A stretch of 52,291 bases of DNA, filler included, from Jimgerdemannia flammicorona (taxonomy: Eukaryota): assembly GCA_003990765.1 (NCBI GenBank). It is 2 parts of 2 records of this genome, joined end to end, with 100 filler letters (N's around TTAATTAATTAA, not from the genome) between each part and the next. Parts side by side here need not be neighbours in the genome. Positions count along the whole stretch, not along the records: positions 26,200 to 52,291 come from RBNJ01000763.1; 1 more part is not named here. The stretch is one strand, 5' to 3'. Made by a program: the position numbers and the translations under genes. Below are positions 31,981 through 42,787 of this stretch, piece after piece (within the stretch, counting starts at the first letter, position 1; every line of letters starts with the position of its first letter). The notes beneath the pieces were generated by a model. That model was not told the DNA's origin. It saw only the letters and a list, made by a program, of their open reading frames with translations, and searched no databases.

Positions 31981-34900
31981 ATGGAAATACATCCCCCCAT
32001 ATTCTATAAATATACTACTAAAGAGTCAATCCTGACCTTCATTGAAGACTTTGAACAATTTGCCACTATATGAACCCTTGGTGTGGATGCTCAATTGGCC
32101 CTTCTACCAGTCAGCCTTGGAGGATCTGTCAGAGACAAGTTCAATGTAGCCACTATTGCTGATACTGGTGCAGCCAAACTTGCCAACATGAAGGCCTTCC
32201 TCAGAATAACATACTATACTGAAGAGATCAAGCAAGCTCTCAAGGATCAACTCAATACTATCTGCCAGAGACTTAGTGAAGATCCCAACTCATTCTATAT
32301 CCAAATCTGCCACCAGATTGTTCTGGCTAGCTATGATGATGCCCTCAAGGAACAAATAGCAGATTCAACCTTCCTCAAAGGTGTTCACCCTGAAATTGCC
32401 CTAGCAATCTGGTCTACCCCAGTTGCACTGACCCTTGATCAGAAAGTGGTCTTTGCACAGAGATATTGGACTGCCAGACACTCTGCTGAACACTCAATGG
32501 AGAAAATAACTGGCATCAAGATAGAGTCATCAAAGCCAACCAGCATTATACCTACCACAGTTGTAAACAGACAAACATCCCCACCTATCCCCAAGGTACC
32601 CAAAGCTGACCCAGTGGAAGAACTTGCCAAGCAGTTCACTGAGATAACTACACACCTTGGTGATGTTGTTAGAGAAGTCTGAAGTGCCAACAGGAGACCA
32701 GTGTAGAGATTTACAGCTGCTATAGAAGAATGCAATATTATATACTTCAGATGTAGAGAAGAAGACCACTATGCAAAGAATTGCATGACCAAAACAAGAT
32801 ACAAAGCTCAACCAAGCAAAGCTAGCAGAACCAGAGAACAAATCAATACAGTAGTCATCAAAGAGATTGGTGATACTGATGATGAAGAATACTACAAAGA
32901 GCTTGAATACTACTCTGCTACTGAAGGTACCAGAACCTGGTCCAAGCCCTATGACAAGAAGAGCAACAGTAAGCCAGTTGGAAGACCAAAGAAGACCCCA
33001 GCTATCACTATTCAAAGCAAGACCCAACCTGAGGAGATTGATCAAGACATGGAGCTAGATGAAGCCACCCACCAAATTATTGAAGGTACTACTCCAGTCT
33101 TAAGAAAAAGTGAAAGTAAGAAGGAACAGAAGCTGTACAAGACCAAGATCCACTAGTATGATATCTACAAGGACCTCAAGAAACAGAAGGTCAATACTAT
33201 CTTTGGACAGCTAGCTGAAGTCTCTGCCTTCAGACAGCAGTTGAGAGTAGGACTTATAACTACTATCAAGAATCAAGAGTACAAGATTGTAGAAGCTCAC
33301 AATGCATAGAAAGAATCCAAAAACTCAGGTGAAGAATCTGAAGACCAGCCCAAGACATCAGCCTATATCCTTTGTCAGATTGAAGACTGTATTTTTGATG
33401 CCATCATTGATACTGGTGCTGGAGGATGTCTCATAAGCAAGAAGACAATTGACTGCCTAGGTTGAGACATTGAAGAGTTCACCAAGATGGTCTATATTAT
33501 AGCAGATGGTATATGAGCTACCCTCTTTGGCAAAATCTGAGAAGTCCCCATTAAGATAGAAGGAGCTACCATCCCAGTAGATGTGATTGTTATAAGCACC
33601 ATGAACAATGATATCCTCATTGGCAACCAATGGCTTCACAAGGCCAAGGCCATCATTGACCTCAATGTCCAGAAGATGCAAATCAACTATAGAGAAAGAA
33701 AGGTACAAGTCTCTATCAATATCCATAAAGGAGTTCTACCAGACATGGAGGAAGGAGATGAAGAGGACACAGAGGTCTTCATGCACTCAGTAAACAAGAA
33801 CAAGAACAAGAACAAGACACTCAAGCTCACAGATGAGCAGTGGTACAATAAGATTATCGATGGGTATGCCCCTCAAGGAAGATGCCCCCATAGTACTAGG
33901 ATGTACTGCTCTGAACACCTGAATGACTGCTGGTCTTATTCAGTGAAGTTAGGAAAATCTGCCAACAGAAACATAAGCAAGAAGCTGCCAAAGCAAAAAG
34001 AAAAGTCAAAGAAGATGACTAGCCCCCCGAGCTTCAGGCTGATAGTGACAATGAGGAGGAACAAGAAATAGACATCACCCTCAAGGTTAAGAAGTTTCAC
34101 CCCAAAGCTAAGATCCCAGAATATAAGACTGAAGGAGCCATAGGAATGGACCTTACCAGTATTCAAGATGCTACCCTTGAACCATAGACCACCACCCTAC
34201 TTGGTATTAGAATTGGAGTCAAGCTGCCAGAGAACCATGCTGGAATTATCAAGACTAGGAGCAGTCTGGTCAAAAGCAAAATCTCAGTTGAAGGAGGAGT
34301 AATTGACTCTGATTACACTGGTGAGATCTTCCTTATAGTCAGGAATTACAACCCCACCACTCCATTTGAAGTCAAGAAGTATGACAGGATTGGCCAGATG
34401 CTGATCCATAAAATCAAGAAGCCCAAGATCATAGAAGCCATCAAACTCATCAAGACCAAGAGAGAAGAACAAGACTTTGGATCTACTGGAAGAGGAGCCT
34501 ATACCACCACCAAGATTACTGAACTTGAGCACAAGAAAGATCAGGACCAGAACAAGCACACATATACCATTGGAGAAAACTTTTCCCTGGAGGAACAACT
34601 TCTCAAGATCCTGCATCAGAATGAAGAGATACTTGCTACAGACTTCAGGAATATCTACAATCAAGAACCCAAGTATTACCATGAAGTTGACACTAGTGAT
34701 ATCAAGTCCATCTATCAGAAAGCCAGACCCATACCACCTGCCTACAGAGAATGGCTGTAAGCAGAACTCAAGGAAATGGAAGAAGCCAGAATCATTAAGC
34801 AAACTATCAGTCCCTGGACCTCACCCATTGTCCTTGCCCTGAAGAAAGGAAGTAAGTCTGGAGAGTTTGCACCAAGACTCTGCATTGACTACAGGAAGCT

Positions 34901-37247
34901 CAATACCATCACCAAGAAGGATAGACAGCCCTTGCCAAATATTCAAGAGATCCTTACTACTCTTGGAAGTGAAGCCAAATACTACACCACCTTGGATCTG
35001 TTCTCAGGCTTCCATCAGATTGGTCTCACTTAAGATACCAGTGAGAAATCAGCCTTCATCATATTTGATGCCACCTATATCTACCTGTGAATGCCATTTG
35101 GAATGTGCAATGCCCCAGCAAGTTTTCAGCAAATGATGAATAGAGTCTTCAGCAATGAGATTGGAAAATAGCTCTTTGTCTATGTTGAAGATGTGATCAT
35201 CTTCAGCAATTGCACAGAAACATGTCAATCACATACAGCTAGTCCTCAAGAAGCTCAAGGAGTATGGCCTCTACATCAAGCCTAAGAAATACAAGTTTGC
35301 ACCTCAAGAAATCACCTACCTAGGACACATCATCAACCAGACTAGAATCCACACAGACCCCATGAAGATCAAGGCTGTTGCAGCCTACCTGAGACCCAGA
35401 ACAATTACAGAAGTCTATGCCTTCCTTGAACTGGCTAGCTACTACAGAAAGTTTATCAAAGAATACTCCAATATTGCATCACCTATCTATGAGCTACTGA
35501 AGAAGGAGACCAAATTCGAATGGACCAAGGAATGCCAAGAAACCTTCAATGAACTCAAGACCAGGTTGACCCAAGCACCTATCCTCAGAAGACCAGATTA
35601 GAACCTAGAATTCATCCTGCAGACAGATGTGAGTGCAATAGGATTTGGAGCAGTCCTAGCTCAGAAGAAAGATAGACATGAATATGTCATCTCCTACACA
35701 AGCTAAGGTACCCATGGAGCAGAACAGAATTATAAGTCATACAAGCTCGAATGCTTAGCAGTAGTTTGGGCAGTAGATAAGTTCCACTACTATCTAGCCA
35801 GAAAATACTTCACCATTCAAATAGACTACTCTGCTCTTGCCTGGCTATTCCACACTCTGAACCCCAAAGGAATATATGTCAGATGGATCTACAGGCTGCA
35901 AGAGTATAACTGTACTGTCAAGCACTACTCAGAAAGAACCAACACCAATGCTGATACACTCTCAAGAACACTCCGAAACACCCCTATCAAGACTATTTAA
36001 TATGAATAAGGAACTATACTATGGATTAATTAGCTACCTTGGGCAGCAGAAGATGCTCAACCACCTCAAACCCTAAATAATCACCATCATCAACCAGACT
36101 TGGAAACAGTTTGAACTAGACAACACTACACTCAGAAAAGGAGGAAAGCTAGTAATATCCAAACATAAGAAGTATCAAGTAATGAAGGAAGTATGAGCAA
36201 GGATACCTAGGAGGAGCCAATACATATGACAAGACAAGAAGAACTATGTGGTGGCCCAAGATGGAAGAAGACCTATACCAATTTGTCAAAGAGTGTGATA
36301 AGTGCCAAAAACAGAAACAAGATCAGCAAGACTAGGTACTCAGGTTATCAAGAATTGAGCCTATCCCCTTCCACCACATCACAATGGATATTATTGAATT
36401 ACTACCAGTAATACTATCAGGAAACTGCTATATTATAGTTATTATAGACCTCTTCACCAAATAGATAGAGGCAGGAGCATTACAAGAAGCCAATGCCCTT
36501 TCTATAGCTGACTTCCTGCACCAAGAAATCATCTGCCACTATAAGACACTGAAGCAAATTACAACAGACTGCAGTATAGAATTTGTCAATGGATTTCATG
36601 AGATAATGTATCAGAAATACAAGATCCAGCACATCAAGACCACTGTGTACCACCCTCAAGAAAATGGACAGATAGAGAGAACTAACAAGACCCTCAAGAA
36701 CATCCTAGTAAAGATCTCAAAGACATATGAGAATTGGGATAATTATCTCTCAACTGCCCTCTCTGTCCTATAAGACATATAGTCACAGAGCACACACTTT
36801 ACCCCAAGGGAACTGCTCTTTAGAGAAGAAGATTCTGATGGAACCTCAGCCACAAATCTAGACCTAACTTGGAGATAGGTTGATGCAGAAATCCGAAGGC
36901 TATACCAAATCAGAAAGAAGGCTGAAGATTATATCATCAAGTCACAAGCACTGACAAGAAAGAATGTGGAAAAGAATTACAAGACCCTAGAACTCATCCA
37001 AATTGGAGAAAAGATTCTACTATATTGAAATATGGTAGAAGCCTTATAGTCACAAAAACTGGAGCCCAAATGGAAAGGACTCTTCTACATACAAGATATC
37101 AAGGGAACTACCTTCTAGCTTAGAAAAATCTCAAGGACCATACTGCCTACCACAGTACACAGGAACAGACTCAATAAGTACCATGAACCTATATAAGAGA
37201 AGCAAAATGTGATGACTGCCCATGAGGTTCTAGTCCATGAATTGTAA
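31981..37247 (+). pseudogene. Gypsy-B gag-pol: gag (decayed CCHC knuckle), aspartic protease, dUTPase, RT, RNase H, integrase
   Basis: YFRCREEDHYAKNC; AIIDTGAGGCLIS; SPWTSPIVL..RLCIDYRKLN..DLFSGFHQI; LTQAPILRRPD; integrase core seen clearly in copy C (PFHHIAMDI..VDLFTKWIEA..YYPQGN); gag and PR share one frame. Confidence 0.92.
34080..34490 (+). other. dUTPase domain between protease and RT (also ~7590-8005 in A and ~45000-45420 in C)
   Basis: KVKKFHPKAKIPEYKTEGAIGMDL, RSSL, VEGGVIDSDYTGEI, KYDRIGQM, KREEQDFGSTG, corresponding to trimeric dUTPase motifs 1-5. Confidence 0.92.
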
Positions 37248-37251
37248 CAGC

Positions 37252-38624
37252 ATGTCCTGTGATCAGCAGGCTATCTGTCTGGACCATTCTCTAAGAGATA
37301 TGGCACTGGCAACTACTTATCTATGAGACTTTTGAAGTCAGAAGAGTTTGAACTGTTAACTGATTGATCAAGATCAGAATCAGGTCCTTGCTCTATATGA
37401 AGGGAGTGACTCTTCACCATTATGCCAAAATACAAAGGGAAGATACTAGCCTATAAACACTACTTTTCAACCCCTTGTCAGAGGTTATGGGATTAGCAAA
37501 TTTTTCAGGACTGGACCAATGAATAAGAATACTCAAGAAAATCCTTATTCAGGAGGAAGATGTAATGGTGACCCCAGAATGATGACATTAGCACAGGAGA
37601 CAGTCTTTCCTTGTAAGCCACCAGATCAGAGCACAAGAAGATCATACAGCATACAAGATGAGCAATGATGACCAACTGTGAGTCATTGTGACCACAGTAT
37701 AGTATCTTGAGGAATATAAAAGAAGGATCAAGGAACTGCAGTAGTAGTAACCAATAAGACCCATCAATCCCAAAATAGCTCAAAGACTTACCACAAACAA
37801 AATGCCTGCTGCTCATCAAACCTCAAGGTCAAGGAACTACCAAGGCATCTCAGTCAAAGAAAGAATATTCCAAGATATCAGAAGAGCCATGAGGACCTGT
37901 TCAAGAAGGACTCCTAGTATCAACCTGAGTACTGGTGACCCTTATCACTATATTCTCTACTACCATGAAATGGAAACAAGGATCACTATTGCTACTGAAT
38001 GCCTCCAAATGTGGCAGGAATATGAAATAGGAAACCTCCTCTGCTGGGAGTTTCTACAGACCAGCACTCAAGAGCTACAAGATGCCACTTCCATGGATAT
38101 ATATATGTAAAATAAGGATAGCTAAGAAGATCTATCAGATCTTCAGGTATATACCATGGTCAATCCCCAACTTGGAGTATGTTAGAGTCTCAGATTTCAG
38201 AGACCTGTCATCCTACTGTATCAATGCATTAGAAGCCAGGGTGGCTACAGAAGCCCAGTCCACTATCACTCTCAATAGTGATGAAGTAGAAGACTTCTGG
38301 CATTCCATTCTCCAGGACAACCCAGACCAATTCCTACAAGGATTGATCTCAGTATTCCAAGACCCAAGCATCCAGATTAGACCTCCCCAAGACCCCACAT
38401 TTATCCCTTATTTTGTGGAAGAGAACCTCATAGATTGGAGAGCCCCTGATTTCTCCACTGCTGAATGTGATGACATCATTGGTAATGACATCATCCTGCA
38501 TAACATTGACATATGCGAAATGCACAATCTATATGATAAATTCATAGACCTCATCTCCTTCAAAGATATCCTGACCTCTGACGATAAAGATGAAGCCTCC
38601 ATAGTCTTGAACTTTCTGCTCTAA
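37252..38624 (+). pseudogene. Gypsy ORF3 of unknown function (~450 codons) running from just after pol into the 3' LTR
   Basis: ATG 4 nt after pol stop; segments 37802-38110 and 38082-38624; homologous open segments in the other LTRs (30834-31361, 41492-41698, 42101-42289, 48562-48900). Confidence 0.7.
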
Positions 38625-39123
38625 GTTCCTTGTTATACTGAATAATGCCAACACCAGCATTCTGAGGTGATGCAAAATTGTTCCAGCACTGGCATTTGAT
38701 GTAATACTGAATAATACCAGCACTAGTATTCTAATGTGACACCAAATTATACCAGCATTCTGAACCTATACAACCATCAGTGCCGACCCTAGAACTTAGC
38801 AGTTTTTTCTATTCTGGCATTTTATTTTAGTTATTGGAATTTATATTTAGCTTTATATCTTAGCAACCATTGAATTATATTTTGTATAAATATCTCTCTT
38901 ATTTCCTTTGAAATAAAGTCAGTTCTGGTTTCACTTATACATACTTTCTTGCAAGCAATCTAAGAGATAACAAGACAGTTTAAAGATAAGAAGTTTGAGA
39001 ACTATAAGACCTTGGGAAGACACTCCAATAAGAACTTGCTTATAACAAACTTAAGTTAGTCTAAGAGATATACCTTGAAGAGAATCTGGTATATTTGAAG
39101 GACTCAGCAACTACTACATAATA
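37561..39123 (+). repeat. Gypsy-B 3' LTR
   Basis: Starts TGTAATGGTGACCCC right after the purine tract; ends ctacataata (decayed ctacatgaca). Confidence 0.92.
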
Positions 39124-39993
39124 ATAATTAAGTCTGAGCTCAGATAATTAAGGCTTAGAAAAGACAAAAGAAGTACTATAACCAGAGGTAGAAGAATTAG
39201 AAGATCAAGATTAGAGATCAATTACTAGTCTGGAGAAGTATAATTGAAATCACTTCATCACCAAACTGAAGCCTAAATGGAAAGGATCTTATATTGTATA
39301 TAATATTAGAGAAACCAGCCTCTATTTAAAAGTATAGATAGATAAACCCTGAAGACTCCAGTAAATATCAATTGTCTCAAAATATACTTACCCCTATATA
39401 ATAATCTAGAAAATTAACCAGTATCTTCAGACTTTTATTCTCAGTTCCTTTCAAGCCCTATCTGTTCTTCTGTCTCAGTTTTATCTACTTATAAGAACCC
39501 CAATATAATTGATTCAAAAATACCAAAAAAACCTTTTTATTGTTCAGAGGTTATTATAGATCTATTACCTACAGACCTTTTACAATATCAGATAAATATT
39601 ATAAGAGTAATTATATATAAGAAGATCAGTCAGTATAACTTTCAAAGAAGTCTGAACTATAAAAAGACTCTATACTTTATATAGATAAAATCTAGGAGCT
39701 CTATCACAAGTTTGTTTTTATCTAACTTATATTTATTAGATAAATGAGATGACCTTCTAGAACACTCTCCAATAAGTAGAGATTATATTCTCTAAAGAAC
39801 AGAAAGAAGACTCAGAACTAGAATAGAGTAATTTAGATATAGAAAAAAAAAATAGTACTAATATAGATGTAAAAGATACTCATGAATATTGGAATAATAC
39901 TAAAGAATAGTCTGAGGGCAGGCTATTCTTTAGTAGAGGCTAATGTGATGAGTTAGTAAAAAATATACCAGATCACTATCTAAATTAGTTACT
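39124..39993 (+). mobile_element. Old Gypsy 3' fragment: integrase C-terminus, 3' region and probable start of a 3' LTR (~39943)
   Basis: FITKLKPKWKGSYIV..VNINCLKIY (decayed KL.PKW.GPY motif); gagggcagg..tagtagaggctaa-TGTGATG resembles a pre-LTR boundary. Confidence 0.6.
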
Positions 39994-40010
39994 ATAATTT
40001 AACTATTGTA

Positions 40011-41229
40011 CATATCCTCATACAACATCAGTAGTCCCATTCTACCCCAATCTCAACCCACTCCCAGCCTTGCACCTTTAGGGTGTGAGTTGCGACCTCA
40101 CTGTCCGAGTAACTAGATCTTCCTACCCGGCCTGCCCCACCTAGTAGGTATGGGTTGTGAGCCCCAACCACCTCAAGTACTTGGCATCTAGTGCACCTGA
40201 CCTACCCCTATTAGTGCCTCCTGTCTTTCCCATCTAGTCTGTCTTGCCCGCCCATGTTGCCTGTGTTGCTATCTTACCGTCTTGCCCATCTTGCCTGTCT
40301 TGCCCACTCATGTTGCCCATGTTGCCCATGTTGCCCGTATTGCCTGTGTTGCCCATGTTGCCCGTGTTGCCCACCCATGTTGCCTGTATTGCCCATCTTG
40401 CCCATATTGCCTGTGTTACCCATCTTGTCTGTCTTGCCTGTCTTGCCCATCTTGCCCGCCCATGTTGCCCATGTTGCCCATTTTGCCTGTTTTGCCTGTT
40501 TTGCCTGTCTTGCCCATATCGCCTGTCTTGCCATCTGCCTGTCTTGCCCATGTCGCCCATCTTGCCATCTTGTCCTTCTTGCCTGTCTTACCCGCCTGTG
40601 TTGCCTGTATTGCCTGTGTTGCCCATGTTGCTCATGTTGCCCATGTTGCCTGTGTTACCCACCCGTGTTGCCTGTGTTGCCTGTGTTGCCCGTATTGCCC
40701 GCCCATGTTGCCCATGTTGCCCGTGTTGCCTGCCCATGTTGCCAGTGTTGCCTGTGTTGCCTGTTTTGCCTGTTTTGCCTGTTTTGCCCATTTTGCCCGT
40801 TTTGCCCATTTTGCCCATCTTGCCATCTGCCTATCTTGCCCATGTCGCCATCTTGCCATCTTGCCCGTCTTGCCCGTCTTGCCCGTCTTGCCCATCTTGC
40901 CCATCTTGCCCATGTTGCCCATCTTGTCATCTTGCCATCTTGCCCATCTTGCCTGTCTTGCCCATCTTGCCCACCCGTGTTGCCCATGTTGCCCGTGTTG
41001 CCCGTGTTGCCCATATTACCCGTTTTGCCCATGTCGCCTGTCTTGCCATCTGCCCATCTTGCCCATGTCACCTGTCTTGCCATCTTGCCATCTTATCTGT
41101 CTTGCCCATCTTGCCCGTCTTGCCCGTGTTGCCCATGTTGCCTATGTTTGTTTCTCCAAGTTGTATGTAAAACCATTGCTTGAAGTTTGTGTAACGTAAA
41201 TTGTACCAGAGAGAGATGTGTCGACCATG
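40011..41229. mobile_element. 1219-bp non-autonomous insertion carrying a ~920-bp 9-mer minisatellite, flanked by a 17-bp direct repeat
   Basis: ataatttaactattgta at 39994-40010 and 41230-41246; no TIR, poly(A) or recognisable coding domain; retains CpG. Confidence 0.7.
40225..41145. repeat. Degenerate minisatellite, unit ~TTGCCCRT(G/C/T)
   Basis: Roughly 100 units such as ttgcccatg, ttgcctgtg, ttgcccgtc, ttgcccatc. Confidence 0.95.
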
Positions 41230-41242
41230 ATAATTTAACTAT

Positions 41243-42787
41243 TGTAACAGTGACCTCAGAATGATGACATTAGCATAGGAGACAGCCTTACTTATAAGCC
41301 ACTAGATCAGAAGGAGATCATATGGTATGACTCACCCAGGCTATAAGATGAGTAATAATGACCAACTGTAAGTCATTGTGACCATAGTATAGGCATCTTG
41401 AGGAATATAAAAGAAGGATTAAGAAAATAGTAGCAGTAACTCAACAAGACCCACTAATCCCAAAATAGCTCAAAGACTTACCATAAATGAAATGCCTGCT
41501 GATTACCAAACCTCAAGGTCAAGGAATCACCAAGATCCCTCAGTCAAAGAAAGGATGTTCCAAGACATCAGAAGAGCCATGAGGACCTATACAAGAAGGA
41601 CTCCTAGCCTCAACCTGAGTACTAGAGATTCTTATCACTTTATCCTCTACTATCATAAAATCAAAACAAGGATCACTATTACTACTGAATGTCTCTAAAT
41701 GTGGTAGAAGTATAAAATAGGAAACCTTTTCTATTAGGAGTTTTCATAGGCCAGCCCTCAAGAGTTACAAGATGCCACTTCCATAGATATATATGAAATA
41801 AGGATAGCTAAAAAGATTCATCAGATCTTCAGACATATATCATAATCAATTCCCAACTTTGAGTATATTAGAGTCACAGACTTCAGAGATCTGTCAGTCT
41901 ACTATATCAATGCACTAGAAGCCAGGGTAGCAACAGAAGTCTAGTCTACTATTACTCTTGATAGTGATGAGATAGAAGAGTTCTAGTATCCTATCCTCCA
42001 AAACAACTTAGATCAATTCCTGCAAGGATTGATCTCTGTATTCTAAGGCCCTAATATCTAGATCAGACCTCTTTAAGACCTCACATTTATTCCCTATTTT
42101 GTGAAAGAGAACCTCATAGTTTGGAGAGCTCCCAATTTCCCCACTGCTAAATATAATAACACTATTGGCAATGATGTCATCTCATGTGACATATGTAAAA
42201 TGTGTAATAAAACTGATCTTATCTCCTTCAAAGACATTCTGATCTCTAATGAAGATGAAGCCCCCATAGTCTTGAACATTCTGCTCTAAGTCCCTTGGTT
42301 ACACCAAATTATGCTAATATTCTTTTCCTATATAATAGCTATTCCTCTACTGGTATTCTTATCTTGTGTGACTCAGAATTATTTCAGCACTTTTTTCCTA
42401 TATTACTGAAATTATACCAGCATCCTGAACCTATTCAACCATCTGTGCTAATACTGGAATTTGGCAGTTTTCTGTGTTTCAGTATTTTATTTAGTTATTG
42501 GAATTTATATTTGGCTTTATATCTTAGTAACTATTGAATTATATTTTATACAAATACTCCTCTTATTTCCTTCAAAATAAAGTCAGTCAAATTTACTTAC
42601 TCTCAATTCCTTGCAAAGCAATCTAAGAGATAACAAGACAGTTTAAAAATAAGAAGTTTGAGGACTATAAGACCTTGGGAAGGTACTCCAATAAGAACTT
42701 ACTTATAACAAACTTGTGATTAGTCTAAGAGATATATCTTAAAGAGAATATGACATATTTAAAGGACTCAGTGACCACTATGTGATA
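41243..42787 (+). repeat. Gypsy-C 5' LTR
   Basis: TGTAACAGTGACC...ctatgtgata, followed by acttagtgcccattggct. Confidence 0.9.

Larger units (their letters stand above)
30306..39123 (+). mobile_element. Ty3/Gypsy LTR retrotransposon copy B, full length (~8.8 kb), least decayed copy
   Basis: Two ~1.56-kb LTRs, TGG-starting PBS-like motif at 31864, purine tract aggaggaaga 37551-37560, full gag-pol domain set; no matching TSD seen. Confidence 0.95.

Noticed and set aside
40244..41199. Three ~305-aa Cys/Pro-rich ORFs resembling metallothionein or keratin-associated proteins
   Set aside because: Artefact of a stop-free 9-mer minisatellite open in all forward frames
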